This document shows positions 24,386 through 37,525 of a stretch of DNA of 64,000 bases, piece after piece (positions within the stretch are counted from its first letter, which is position 1; every line of letters starts with the position of its first letter). Below the pieces are notes generated by a model. The model saw only the letters and a list, made by a program, of their open reading frames with translations, was not told the origin of the DNA and did not search any database. The translations under genes were made by a program, and so were the position numbers. Location of the stretch: positions 2,980,508-3,044,507 of the forward strand of contig MU058584.1 in the NCBI GenBank assembly GCA_013265495.1, read 5' to 3'. The DNA is from Vicugna vicugna (Eukaryota).

Positions 24386-27300
24386 ATAATATATATGCTG
24401 ATAAAGTAGTATTAGTAATCACTGATTTCTCGTACCATTCTTCCTCTAGTCTGTATCGCTACCCTTTGGCCAACACTGGTCTCCTTTTTCTTCCTTTCCT
24501 GTCTCCACACCTGTGTCCTTGCCATTTTCTCTCCCTGTGTCCTCGCTCTCGCATCACTGTGTATGTCCTTCAGAGCCTTTATCGCAGTCTGTTACCTTCC
24601 CCATCATGATCCTGCTAAGGTGTCCCTCCATTTAACTCTGTATTCTGGAGGGTCAGGACCGTCCTCAGTCTTGATCATCGCCGTAGCCCTGCCCCTCACG
24701 TGGTACCCGGCATTCAGTAGGGGATAAATCAGGGAAGGAGTCACTGATGCAGTACTGAGGAAGGTGGTAGGTGTGGACTGAAAGTGAGCATTCCATCTCG
24801 GTAAAATGGTTTGTCGTCCTGCACTGACTTGATCAGATCAGCTCCCTTGAATGAATTTTTATGAAGTTTTCATTTTCTTCCTCATTCCGTGGCTTTTCCC
24901 CATTCTCCCCCCCGTCCTCTGAGACGGGTGCCTTCAGACCGTGGGAAATACCCTGTGGTCTGTCCCTGGGATCACACCTCCTGGGGGGCTCGGCTCCAGA
25001 TGGTCCAGCGCGGCCCGGGACTTCTGGGTGAGGTGTCGCCCCATCAAGGAACTCTCGCCCATATGGCGATTCGTGTCCAGAATTTGTTTGGGAAAGTTTG
25101 TTGTCACATAAACAGAGGAACCTCGTATTTGTTCTGTCTTAAACTATTATTCTTAGATTCCTAAAGAGCTGAATTACCAGTTTTTCCCAGAGGAGACTCA
25201 GTTCCAGTTAGGGATGTGTGTTTAGTGCCTTTTCATGCAGAAGTCAGACTCCAGAGGAAAAGAGAGCAGGTTATTTGCTTATTTGGCCTTAGCAGAGTTT
25301 GTCCATGCAGGCTCCTCCCACATAACCAGGAAACATTCACTTGAACTTGAGTATCAGGCCACTCCTTCCCTCCCCCTTCCCACTTCCGTCCAGCGCAGTA
25401 ATGTATCCATTGTCCTGGGCGCTGACAGTTCACCAGTGTTGGAATTGGGGGTTAAAATGACATGTGAAACTAGAATATCTTGTACGACCGAGCTGTGGCT
25501 ATTTAACCATAAAGCTGAATATATTTGGATTATAGGACATTTGTCTTTTTAAAAGATAGCTAACTTATAGTTCACTTTCCACTTTCCAAGTGTTCTGCCA
25601 GCAACATTGATGAGAAATTAAAGAATATGAGAAACTGAGAAAGACCCACTTTATGACCTGCCTCTGCTGTTTGCCTCACTTGAGTTAATAATCAAGAGCT
25701 AGACAATGATCTGCCTGTTCCACTAACTTTTCATTTTTAGCCTTTAGAGAAATACCTTCTAAATATGCAACACAATAGTGGGGGGCAGTTATTTTCCTCA
25801 CTTGGTTATTATTTCTTAACTGTCCATGTACTCTTTTTCACATCTAGTTGTCATTTGAAACTTTGATACTTAAACAAATTTTATCATCTCTTTGATGTAG
25901 AAGTGAGCAGACTGGCATTTTAAAAATGTCAGATGGAGCCAAAGAAATCCTGTGACTCTCCTTTTTACTTTCCCAGCATGGAAACGGGGAATTACTTTTG
26001 GGGCTGCCTCCCTCTAGGTTCACAAATTTCTCCATTTAGCTTTATGTGGGCTCAGCTGCCCTGCCGGGAGATAATTTTGAGGACTGTTCCTTTGTAGAAA
26101 CATCTGGAGGCAGAAGTGAGGCTGGGCAGCTGTCTCATTAAAAGGGTGCTTTAAGCAGCACGACCTCAGAGGTTTCGGAATGACATCCCAGTTTGGGGAC
26201 TGATGGAAGTCCAGTTGACATAATCAAGACGAAGCTCTTTAAGTTACCATCCTTGTGTTATTCTCATGAAAACACTGAATTTTGCCATGTAAAATAAAGG
26301 ACCATATATAAGGAAGATTGGATGAATAGCACAGGCAGCCAAATAAGGATTTTAATGAAATTTGGGGGAATGGCTCCAAGTCAGTTTGTGAATGCATTAG
26401 CACCATCCCATCGTGATGCATTAAAAAAAAAAAGACTCCACTGAGAAATTACAGTATGGTTTGAGCAGAACCATCTTGCACATGAAAGTAGGGGTTACCG
26501 TTCATTGTCCAAGCAGGCTTTTATTTATCTGTTTGAGGACAAAAGAGAGCTGAAAGTTGAAATCCTCTCTTCTTTAAAACATCTGATTGATTTTCATTTA
26601 GTGAAAGATAAATTGTTACTTCATGGCCCAGAAGTCGTAAATTATATTTGAGGCAAGTGCCCAAGTTAAAAAGCCTGCCCTTTGCTCCATTTGTACAGTG
26701 TTGACTGTGCCCCAGGGAGTTTCTCTTGGCAGCCACGAGAGTGTGGAGTAAATGGTGAAGGAGAGCTTCACCCTAGGAGTGTTCTGTTGAACTTAGTTCC
26801 GGAAGTTCTCTGAGTAATCCTTTCGTAACTGAAGGAACCCCTGCCCCAGTGAGATAAGGCAGGAGGTGGCAGAAGCGGGAATTTGAAGGAAAGGTTGAGC
26901 CAAGTGTGAGCACTGGAGTAGTGATGTTTCCAGAGAATCTGCCAGTAGAATTCCTGGAGGAGAGTTCCGTAGCCAAATAGCATAATGGAGCTCCTGGTTG
27001 CTAACTCAGGTGTCGAGCATGTCTTCTGGGGTGAGACCAACACTGCCTCATTTTAAGTCCAAGCTCGATCACTCCTAAAAGGAGATTTTACAATGGTGCC
27101 TTATTGCTTTAAAAAAAAAATCTACTGGGTGTCTACTCACTGGCTTCACCCAAGAGTTGTTTCCCCAAGTACCACTGCACCCACCATGCTGTCCTGTAGA
27201 CCTCAAGGCTCCACTGGTCACCCGGGCGCCAGGATTCTCTGATCTCCCCCTAGAAACCCACTGTGGCCCGGGGCTTTTCTGCTGCCCCTTGTCCCATACC

Positions 27301-28049
27301 TCACCTGCTTCAAAATACTGTTCTTAGTTTTTTTTCTCCCAACCTGATACGTCCTCAGAAAGTCATGTTTGTCTAGTAACAAATATTTTGATAAGTTAAA
27401 AAGTTACAAATAGAAGTGCTGCTGTTAAAAAATACGTATTATAGAAATAATTCGGTTTCTAAAGTGTTCTTGAAATAAGCAAACATCCAAAGGCAGAGCC
27501 TGTGGCCAGTGAGGGTCCATCAGGAAGAAAGGCTTCGCGGAAAGGAGTAGAACTTGCACATGGGACCATATTGTCAGGACTGGACAACGGGAGCAAACTT
27601 AGGAGGCAGGACTGCCTGAGATGTATTGCCTCACAATTCACTTGTCTCTTAACCCTCAGTGCATGGGCTTCTACTCCTGCCATTCCCCTAGAACCTGGCC
27701 ATCGCAGGGTCCTCCTCACCAAAGCCAAGAGCATTTTCTTGGTCTGTTCGTGCTTCTTGGCAGAGGTGTCCACTTCCCCCTTTTCAGAACTGTTGCTTCC
27801 TTCCTTTTAGGGTCTGTGCTGTTGCTGGTCCCTTTTCATACCTGGAAAGCTTTTTCCATGTGTAGGAGTTGAATCCACACGAAGGCTCACCTAATTAATA
27901 GTGGTGGGTGTTCGCTTGGTCAGACACCTTTCCCTTTGGGAAGTGATGCTTCTTCTGCTAACACTTAACAGTTTTATACCTTGTCTTCCTCTGCACCTCC
28001 CATCTTAGTCCTGGAAGGAGAAGCAGAAGCAGTGACTGTTAAATGGCAT

Positions 28050-28505
28050 GTGAAGTCCCTCTCATAACTGGATCTGTCCTCTCTAACCTTATCCCCTACT
28101 GTTTCCCCCATTCACTGGGGGCCAGGCGTTTCCTCCTCCCACCCCAGGGCCTTTGCACTTGCTGTTCCCTCTGATTGGAATATTCTTTTCCTCATAATGT
28201 TGTGTGGCTGTTTCTTCCTCGTGCATGTGTCAGTGCAGATGTTGCCGCAGAAAAGATGTCTTCCCTGGGTGACCCCGAGAGATAGCCCCTGTCCATTGTC
28301 TCTACACCACTGCCCTGTGTGTTCTCCGTAATAGTCATCACCCTCGCAGGTTGAGTTTGTTTGCCTATTGGTTGTCAGTCTTCTGTCGTCATTAGAATGT
28401 CAGTGCCTTGAGATCAGGGACTGCACCTTGTCAACTGCTGTACCCCCTCCACCTAAACAGCGCCTGGCATCTAGTAAGCGCTTTGCCTATTGTTGAATAA
28501 GTGAA
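28050..28505 (+). mobile_element. L2 3' end
   Basis: cagggcctttgcacttgctgttccctctg...ttagaatgtcagtgccttgagatcagggac...cctggcatctagtaagcgct...tgttgaataagtgaa. Confidence 0.7.
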
Positions 28506-28789
28506 TTAAGTGTTCTTGGACTCATGCCGTCCACACTAGGAAACTAACTCCACTCTAGGAAACTAACTTCTTATAGACTCATTATGCTGTCCACTTAGGA
28601 ATCTTAAGTAGACCAGCCTTTTGCCAAATTTGAGTCTATCTCAAACACTATCAGAACTAATTTCTAAGTCAGAGGACAGCATTGATTTGGAGAAAAATCA
28701 GTATCTCCCTATTTAGGAAGTAGTACGTATGTGGGTAGACGTGTACACTTGCCACTATGTACAGTATGTCTTTGTGTTTGGACCAATGT

Positions 28790-28950
28790 TCGTTAAGTGC
28801 TCGTACCAGATGCTTATCTAGTTTATCTCACTGAACTCCTCAGACCATCCTGTGAGGTGAATAGTTTCTTCCATTTGGTAGAGAAATGACATTTCCAAGC
28901 TCCCAGAGGCAGGGTCTGAACAGAGGTCTAACTCCAAGATTCCCACTGTC
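28790..28950 (-). mobile_element. MIR SINE fragment
   Basis: tttatctcactgaactcctcagaccatcctgtgaggt...gggtctgaacagaggtctaactccaag. Confidence 0.55.
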
Positions 28951-29630
28951 TCACCTCCCATGGATTTTCCCTCAGGAGAGGACAAATCATAAACAGTATT
29001 CAAGCCTGTTAGGCATAAAAATATTCCCCAGAATCTCTCTACTGTGATATAAGTGGCAAGAACTTTCTAAATAAAATAAAACCTAATTTCTCTAAATTTT
29101 CCCTTTCATGGTTTCTCAACTGAACTATTTTCAAGACTGCCAGGAAGCAGTTAACTCTATGATTACTAATAAGAGAGAAGAGAAACTCTTCTGTCCTATT
29201 TCTGCCTTTCCCCAACCTGTTTAGTTTCATTTTTGTGGGGGGATTTTGCACTCAGTTTCTGATCATTACTACGAAGGGAAAAATCTGGAGTTGGTTATTT
29301 TTTTTTTTAACTTATTTGCCTGCTTCCCCAAATAGAACATGAGCTTCCTGCGGGCAGGGACCAAAGTCTGGCTTGTTCATCTCTTCATCTCCAGCACTGG
29401 TTCAGTGAGCGGCACATAGTAGGCACTCGATAAACTTGAACACGTAAATGAATGCACACTTAGCCCCACGCAGGGATGAGCGTGTCTGGCCACAGGGAGG
29501 GCCTTAATGACTGCAGTTTGCTGATTTCCATAGTCAGCCCTGGAAATCTGCTTCCTCCTGAATACTCCTGCTTTTCAGATAATATATTTTAACATGGCTG
29601 GCTACTAACAGTTCAGAAAAGGAGGGGAAG

Positions 29631-29760
29631 GGGGTTGGTTATAGCTAAGTGGTAGAGCACATGCCTAGCATGCACAAGGTCTTGGGTTCAATTCCCAGTA
29701 CTGCCATCAAAAAATAAATAATTAAACCTAATTACCTCCCCAGCTAATAATAATAATAAA
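29631..29760 (+). mobile_element. vic-1-type camelid SINE (tRNA-derived)
   Basis: A box tagctaagtggtagag, B box ggttcaattcc, and tail aaacctaattacctcccc followed by (TAA)n. Confidence 0.85.
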
Positions 29761-29929
29761 ATTTTTAAAGAGAAAAAGAAAGGAAATAAATGTAGGTCTA
29801 AGCTAATGCTAATTATAAATTATAAATTCTTAAATGTATTTCAGTCACATAGCCAACATCCCCTTTTATAACTGAATCAGGGCAAAGACAGTTAACAGAA
29901 CATTATCACGCATAATATAACCTGATACA

Positions 29930-30150
29930 TAGCATTTGTCGAGTACTTACTATGTGGTGGGTGTTCAGAGACAGTGTCTCCACTTAATGTCACAACAGCC
30001 ATTTAGGGTGGGGTAGGTGCTATTTTTTCCAATTAATAAATGAGGAAACCAAGGCGGCTGAAAGATGTCAATTAATTTTCCCAAGGACACACAGCTAGGA
30101 ATGTGAGAACCAGGTTCGGAACCCAGACAGTTTAATTCCAAAACTGCACT
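29930..30150 (-). mobile_element. MIR SINE
   Basis: atgaggaaaccaaggc...ttttcccaaggacacacagctagg...ggttcggaacccagacagtttaattccaaa. Confidence 0.75.
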
Positions 30151-30527
30151 CTTCCCTGCAAGGCTGTCGCTGCACGTAGCAGATAAGTGATAGGATGGAT
30201 TCAAGCTAGAAGTCAGGTCTGATTCTTTGGTTCCACCATAACATACTGCTGTTCCTCTGTCTCCTCAATTACTAATTGTTGTCAGACCATTTCATATAAC
30301 TTTTTTGGTATGCATGTGCTTATTTGGGACATTATAGAAAAGTACAAAGGAAGATCCATAGTTCAGCCATCTAGAAATCACTATGCTTATGATTTTGATA
30401 TTTGTTTCTTCATTCTTTTTTTCGTTTGAGAAAACGAAGGTATACACCTTTTGTCTTCTTTTTTTCAACTAACATGCGGTTTAGGAAGCCTGTTTCAACA
30501 TCTTTAAGGTTTGTACACACCATTTTT

Positions 30528-30807
30528 TTAATTCCTTTTTTTATTGAAGTGTAGTTGCTATACAGTGTTAGTTTCATGTGTACAGCAAAGCGAGTCAGTT
30601 ATATGTATTTTTTCAGATTCTTTTCCATTACAGCTCATTACAAGAAATTGAGTATATTTCCCTGTGCTACGTAGTTGGTCCTTGCTGTTTATCTGTTTTA
30701 TATATAGTAATGTATGTCTGTGAATCCCAAACTCTTAATGGATCCCTCCCCTTCTTCTCTCCTGGTAACCACAGCTTGTTTTTTATGTCCGTGAGTTTTA
30801 TTTCTGA
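30528..30807 (-). mobile_element. L1 3' end with TSD
   Basis: tttattgaagtgtagttg...ccctgtgctacgtagttggtccttg...ggtaaccac; TSD TTTGTACAC(A/G)CCATTTTT at 30510-30527 and 30808-30825. Confidence 0.85.
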
Positions 30808-33506
30808 TTTGTACACGCCATTTTTAATGGTTATATAATATTCTGTTTTACCATTGTATTATTTACTTTGCCCTCTTTGTTTGGACATCTGTACCATTTC
30901 TATTTTTGCTGTTAGTGCTAAAGTGAATGTCTTTGAACCAAATCTGTTCACATTCCTGATTATTACCTCAGGATAGATTCCCAGGAGAATTAATGAACAA
31001 AAGGTAAGATCAATGTAAAGCATCTTAACTGCCTGCTGCCAGGCTGTCCTCCAGATGGTTCTGTTTTACACTTTCCCCAGGAGCATGCAATATTGCAAAC
31101 TAAGTACTTTTAATTAAATGGGTACCAAAATTAATTTTTATTTATAAAAGTCATAAATTTTAATCTTTATAGCTGATGTGTGATTAACCTTGAAAACTGC
31201 ATGATGATTAACAAATGCCATTATACAACTAAATGAGTTACAAAGTAATCTACAACAGCAATAAAAGTTCAGCTGCACAAGGAGTGTTGGACTGAGTGCT
31301 GTGTGTCTAGTATCATGTAGAAGGCAAAGTCCAGGGCAGGGCTCCCACCCCCAAGAACCTTATCTTGTTGGGTTAATATAAAGGTTGCTGGTGACACAGA
31401 GCACGTATGTAATCAACAAATGGTGGTGTGCAGCCCGAATGAGTGTTCACGCCAGAGAGAGGTTTGGTACCACTTATCAGCTTCTCAAGCCTGTGTGCTG
31501 GGAGCTATCTGGTAACTGCGGGCCTGGCCCAGCCTCGGGTGTGGCTGGGGCTGCCTGGGATGTGGCCATCGTGAACTGAACTGCCTCCCCTATCCCAGTG
31601 CAGGCACGCGTGCCCACACCCATGAAGAGGGGCAGGAGTGTCTATCCCTTTGCCCTGAATTCCTCAGAAAATAAGGATTCAGCAAGTGATGAAGTTCTGT
31701 CTTTTGTTTTTTGAACTCTGAGTGAATTAAACTGATTCTTTCCTTAAAGGACAAGCCTGAACCGTTTTTCAGTCCCCATTGGTTTTATGTTTGGTGACAG
31801 AGCTCTCCGTTGTGTTCTGCCCTCCTTTCTCCAGGAATTCATACATCCAAGTTGCTTCCATTGCTTCAGTAGATACTTTTGAAGGGAAAAAGAGAAACTG
31901 GCATTGCTTAGCAACACACTTTATGCCAGGCACCGTGCCGGGTGAAGGACATTCTCTCAGTTGGAGGGGTCATTGTGAAAGCCACCTGGACCTTCAGCTT
32001 GCTTCGTTTATTCCGCAGCTTCCTATAAGCACACGCTCCGTGCTTGGCATGGAGGATACCAGACCCTCCCACCTGGGAGCTGAGCAGCTGATGCATTTGG
32101 CTGCACTCTCTGTTCTAGCCCCGATCACGCCAGCTGGGGGGTGCTGGCAGAGTGGCGGATGAAGCAGGATTCCTCACCCAGTCAGAGTGCAAGGAGGTAT
32201 CAGGGAGCGGGGAGCAGGCTTGGCTCCTCCACCTGTGCTGCTGTGACCGTGGCTTCTGCAGTGAGAGCCTCGGGAAGGGCCGCCATCCTCCTCCTGCCCC
32301 TATCACGCTTGCTGTTTCCTGACTGATTGCTCGGTCCTTTGCAAACCACCCACGCTGGCGTCAGACTCCGGGTCCCCCTTACTATAAATTCTCTGCCCTT
32401 CAAGGCATTGCTCCTGGCTCTGCTTGCCCACAGCCAGAGTCCTTTTCCCTCAATACCTCTCACCCTAGCAAAGTGAGGGGAGTCACTTTGACCAGAATAC
32501 CTAAGAGTTTAACCTCCCGGATTGCATTTATACTTTGGAAGAGGAGCTTAGTAGTAAATATTAATTTCTAATTGCATATTTTTGAGCAGTCGGTTGCCTT
32601 TCTGAGTGTTCATGGCCTGCAACAAACATCTAAAGAGGGTTTGTCCTGCCACCTAGACTCTCCTACCCAAGCTCTGACAGATCAGAAAAGAGAGGCCAGT
32701 GGCTCAACCACCGAAGTCTAATGCCTTGCCTGGCTAGTTGGAGGATTTGGGGAAGAATTTTTAAAACTGCTCCGGCCTTAGCATTGCCTTCTTCTCTCTA
32801 CCTGAGCCTCCGTTTCCTTTTCTGTCAAATGCAGCTTATGGGATTTTTGCAAAGATTAAAAGTGAGCTGAAAAGTCTACACTAACACAAGGGGACTCCAG
32901 GCTGTGCGGGAGCCCAGCCTCCTCCTCCTGTCCAAAGGTGAGGTCTGGGCAGATTCTCAACTTGCAGACTTTGACCTAAACCGGATATGCTCAATTGTAT
33001 CATTCTTAAACAGCTGGCTTTTGACAGAGTGAGAGGCAGCTTTAAATGGCCTGATTGGCCCAAATGTTTTGAACTCCAGGGATGTCAGGTCATTGTGTTC
33101 ATTTTCAAAGAGGTGTTCGGTGTTCACTCCATATTTTTGTTTTAATAACTACTACTAAAAAACTTCCTCCCTGAGCTGATTTTCTAAACTCTGGAAACGT
33201 CTAATCCTAGAAGAGAATGAGGGCAGGGTAGCTTGGAGGGCAGCCAAAGACTCCTTGCTGTGTGTGGCCACACAAGGTGGCCTGGGAGAGGCTGGCCTGG
33301 AGGTGATTCCAGTGTTCAGTCGTGAGGGTGGCCCTTCCCAATGTGTGTCTCCCTCCCAGAGGAGGAGACGGTGGGTGCCCGGGTAAAGGAGAAACAGATG
33401 AGAATTGTGAACCATGGTGGGGGACAGGCAGGTTTTAGGACTTTGGCCTCAAATGTTATTTTGCAGACTTGAGGGAAACTTACTTTTAAAGAACTGAGCG
33501 GCTTAT

Positions 33507-33535
33507 GAATGAATGAATGAATGAATGAATGAATG
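33507..33535. repeat. (GAAT)n microsatellite
   Basis: gaatgaatgaatgaatgaatgaatgaatg. Confidence 0.9.
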
Positions 33536-33785
33536 AGCGAGCTGCTTGCCAGCCCCACATTCCACATTGAGAAAGATGTTGTCATCCCAGTGTCAGTTCA
33601 GCTCTGAATTTTCAAGTGGGATTGCAAAGGGGACATTGGAACTGAATTGGAATCTAAATTTGAATCCCAGCTCTGATACCTCCTCTTTTAGACCTTGGGA
33701 ACATTACTGAACTTCTGGGCACTCTTCGGAAATAGTGATAGTACCATTTTGTTGGGTTGCTTGTGAGAATGCCTACAAAAAAATA

Positions 33786-34135
33786 CTATATATATATATA
33801 AACTATCTCTTTATATATACACATATATATGTATATATATAAGCTTTTTCAGATTCCCTTCCATTATAGGCTATCACGAGGTATCGAATATAGTTCCCTG
33901 TACTGTACAGTACGACCTTGTTATTGGCTTTATATACAGTAGTGTGTATCTGTTAATCCCAAATTGCCAATTTATCCCTCTCCTCCCTTTCCTCTTTGGT
34001 AACCATACATTTATTTTCTGTGTCTGTGAGTATATTTGTTTTGTAAATAAGTTCATTTGTAGATTTTTTTTAATTGCACATATAAGTGATATCATATGAT
34101 ACTTGTCCTCTTTGTGATTTACTTCCCTCAATATA
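33786..34135 (-). mobile_element. L1 3' end with (TA)n
   Basis: tttcagattcccttccattataggctatc...ggtaaccatac...ataagtgatatcatatgatacttgtc. Confidence 0.85.
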
Positions 34136-34335
34136 GCTGCCAGCCTGTGGCAGCCGTGCACATGATGGGCCAGCAGCTAAGGATCTCTGGAAGCACTGGA
34201 GCTATTTCTCCATGTCCTGCCATAATCTGACCTTTTTAACACCTGCTCAGAGAGGTTGGAGGACAGCTCTAACTTACCTTGACGTTATTAGGGCTTCCTT
34301 CCACCCATTGCATTTTCCTCTTCTTGATACCCAGT

Positions 34336-34478
34336 CCCTCCCTTCCTTCCTTCCTTCCTTCTTTCCCTTCCTTCCGTCTTTCCTTCCTTTCTCTCTCTCT
34401 CTCCCCCTCCTCCCTCCCTCTCTTTCTTCCTTTCTTTTTCTTTCTTTTCTTTCTTTCTTCCCTCCCTCCCTCCCTCCC
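34336..34478. repeat. Pure polypyrimidine/polypurine tract (CCTT/CT/CCCT)n
   Basis: About 140 nt almost entirely C/T on the + strand. Confidence 0.9.
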
Positions 34479-35373
34479 ACGGCAGGACAAGAGCTAAAAG
34501 AGCTGAAATTGCTGAATACTGAAAAATGCTGAGGTTAGCTTTTTCTCCAAACGTTTAATTATGAAACTTTTCAAACACGCAGAAAAGTTGAAAGAATTGT
34601 ACTTTGAATGTCCACGTGGCTGCCACCCAGGTTCTATAATTAATATTTTGCTGTGAGTTTATATCATCATTTTGGATGCCTTTTAAAATAAGTTGCATTG
34701 CAGGCATCAGAACCTGTCATGGGGTTAGCCTGGAAGTGATTATTTGACGAACAACTTGGGTTCTCCGGGAGCTGCCCAGAGCCACGCTCTGCTTTCAGAG
34801 CACTAGAACTGATCCCTTCCCTACATGCGATATTTCTGCCACTGAACCAGCACATGCCCCTGGATCGAAGGGAGACCCTAAGGTTCCTGCTCACAGTGTC
34901 CCCCATGCCAAAAAAACAAACAAAAAACTTGGAATCACTGTGTGCTTAATACTTTATGTCCTGTTTCTCTTTCCCTCTCCATCTCTCTCTCTCATAATTT
35001 AATAAATTCTTTAGCATTTTGCCTCGTTAAATATTTTTTCAAATTGTGATGTTTTTAGTGGCCATACTCTTCTGTGATAGGATACTGCAACGGCATGGAT
35101 AAATCTCACAAATGCAGTGGTGATCAAAAGAGCCCAGATACAGAAGAAAACATATGATCGTCAACTTCTCTGTGTCTGTGTTGCAGACTTGAATGATTTT
35201 TTTAAATTTTGCTGTGTGGTGTACAGTGGTATTTCTAACTACCTCTTAGAACATCAGATCTCTCACATCTCTTTCTGATCTATCAGGATACATTTGCTGG
35301 TAACGAAGCATCACCCTCCTGAGGCCCCCTGCGGGGCGGTACCCTAACGTGTTCTTCCTTCCACAGAGCCAGG

Positions 35374-35490
35374 ATGGCTGTCCTCTCCAAGGAATACGGT
35401 TTCGTGATTCTGACGGGTGCTGCCAGCTTCATCCTGGTGGGGCACCTAGCTGTCAATGTTGCCAAGGCCCGCAAGAAGTACAAAGTGGAG
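35374..35490 (+). CDS. MGST3: Microsomal glutathione S-transferase 3, exon 2 (exon starts 35367; start codon)
   Basis: ccacag|[50 protein letters not shown]; donor GAG|gtgagt. Confidence 0.97.
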
Positions 35491-36478
35491 GTGAGTGGGA
35501 ACACGGCAGCGCCCTTGGAGGCCTGTCTGGGGCCAGAACTGGTTCCCAGTCATGGAGGGAGAGGTGAGGAGCTAGTGGGCAGTGGTGGCAGTTTCAGTTG
35601 AAAATTCTGCCCCTTTCTGTCAAGGAGGCATTAACAAATATAGGGCCCTGCTGGGGAGTCATTTCCATCTTGTTCTACTTTTGTCTCTTCTGTAGAAGGA
35701 CCAGGTGTGCTTTTGGCTGGCGCTATTTGCTAGGAACAGTGTTATTTCCTAAACAGCATTAAACAGCAATCGTTTCCTGGTTTGCCACTTTAAAATGATG
35801 TCTCCAGGGGATTTTCCTGTTTCCCAGGTAGAAAAGAAGTACGTGCTGCTGAGGTTAGCCTACGCTTGGACATCAGACATAGCAAGGGGTCTATTAAATG
35901 TTTCCTTTCATTCTAGCCCATCTAGAAGGGATAATTACTGAAATTGTCCATGGTGAGCAATTTTAAATGTCTACTTCTGTTTAGCAACTATCAATTAGGC
36001 TCCCTAAGTAGAGCTCCTTATAAAGTTTTTATATCTAGTCTCTTGTTTAAGAGACATATCCATTAAAATTCTTACACACTCAATTTCTGTTCTCCCATTA
36101 AGGGAAATCTTAAAAGGACATGGTATTTGATGGCTCTTGGGAAGGAGCTGTTTCCCTATGGTATCTTTGTAATGCACCCCAAAGCCACCAGCGATGGCAT
36201 AACGTCAATGAAAAGCACTGAGTTTGGCACAGGCTACCTCCATCCCTTGTAAGGCACAGACTACATTCTTGTTACTGGATATTAATAGACACAGACTGAA
36301 TCTGCCTCTGAGACTGGAGACCTTTGTCACCACAAGTATTTAAGCAGAAATGGAATGATCCTCTATCGACATGATGACAGAAGATGCTTTGGGATAGATT
36401 AGCTATAAGGTTGATTTTAACTCTCCACACCAGAGGCCACGCCTGACCCCTTTGATCACATGCACTTTGTTTTAACAG

Positions 36479-36552
36479 TATCCTACCATGTACAGCACGG
36501 ACCCAGAAAATGGACACCTCTTCAACTGCATTCAGCGCGCCCACCAGAACAC
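36479..36552 (+). CDS. MGST3: MGST3 exon 3
   Basis: ttaacag|YPTMYSTDPENGHLFNCIQRAHQN(T)|gtgagt; carries the MAPEG FNCxQRAHQN motif. Confidence 0.97.
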
Positions 36553-37175
36553 GTGAGTGCTGGCCCTGCCGGGCACCAAAGACGTCTGCAGGAGGGGCGT
36601 TTTCTGTCCAACATCTCAACCCTTGGTTCTCTATCTGCTCAGTAATAGCGATGATGACAATCATGGACACACATTAAAAGTAACATTAAAAAATACGTAT
36701 GTGAAAATAGAACAGGTAAAAACAGATTTAAAAAAAAAACGTATGTGAACAGATTAAATATTAAGCAAAATTAAAAGTTGTTAGGATCCTGGATAATCTT
36801 TTCAAAAATGTCTTTAATGTCACATTATTCTGCTGTAGCACATGTCCCCTCTAAACTGGTACCGAATCTGCCAGCTTAGTGGGTGAGAGGCTTTGAGCTC
36901 TGGAAGGAAATCTACTCCAATTCGCCAAGACCTTCCTCCTCAGTTTGTTAGACTTGATGTCTTTGACCCATTGCGTTCTGAGTTACCTCTGATCCTAAGC
37001 AGAGCAGAAGATGGCTCTCAGTGGCTGGGGCTTTTCCCTCCAGACACTGTTTATTTTTACTCTCAGAGTTCTAAGTTGGCAAGTAAGAATGTCAAGGTTC
37101 TTAGTTTTATAGAGATGTACTTAAATAGGGCACTTTAAAACAAACAAACAAACAAAACATTTCTCTCTGTTCCAG

Positions 37176-37233
37176 GCTGGAAATATATCCTCCCTTCTTA
37201 TTTTTTCTAGCTGTTGGAGGTGTTTACCATCCG
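37176..37233 (+). CDS. MGST3: MGST3 exon 4
   Basis: ttccag|LEIYPPFLFFLAVGGVYHP|gtgagt. Confidence 0.97.
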
Positions 37234-37319
37234 GTGAGTTTTTCCAGTGGGCAGGGGAATGGTTCCTCTAATTGGATTTAATTCACTGTGTCATCAGGGA
37301 GGGAAGAGGAAATGAACAT

Positions 37320-37525
37320 TTAATGAACATCTTCAATGTCTAGGTGCCAAATATTTAAAAGAATTTCATTCAGTTACTTCTTACAAAAATCCTCAAAGTA
37401 GGTAGGATCTTCCCTGTTCTTTTGCAAATGAAGAGAAGCTGCTTGGATACATGTAATCTTCTCAAGGTCAAATAGCTACAGAGTAGAAGAATCAGAACTT
37501 GAACTCAGGTCTGTCAGATCCTAGA
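37320..37525 (-). mobile_element. MIR SINE
   Basis: ttttgcaaatgaagagaagctg...ctcaaggtcaaatagcta...acttgaactcaggtctgtcagatcc. Confidence 0.6.

Noticed and set aside
28531..28568. Imperfect 19-bp direct repeat (CCAC(A/T)CTAGGAAACTAACT x2)
   Set aside because: Only two adjacent copies with no spacers; an ordinary slippage duplication, not CRISPR-like
29631..29710. tRNA-like sequence with A and B boxes (also 62550-62623)
   Set aside because: Followed by a SINE tail and, in the second copy, flanked by a TSD; these are SINEs, not tRNA genes
34212..34532. Low-complexity ORFs (LPSF/ERK-rich)
   Set aside because: Translation artefacts of the C/T simple repeat
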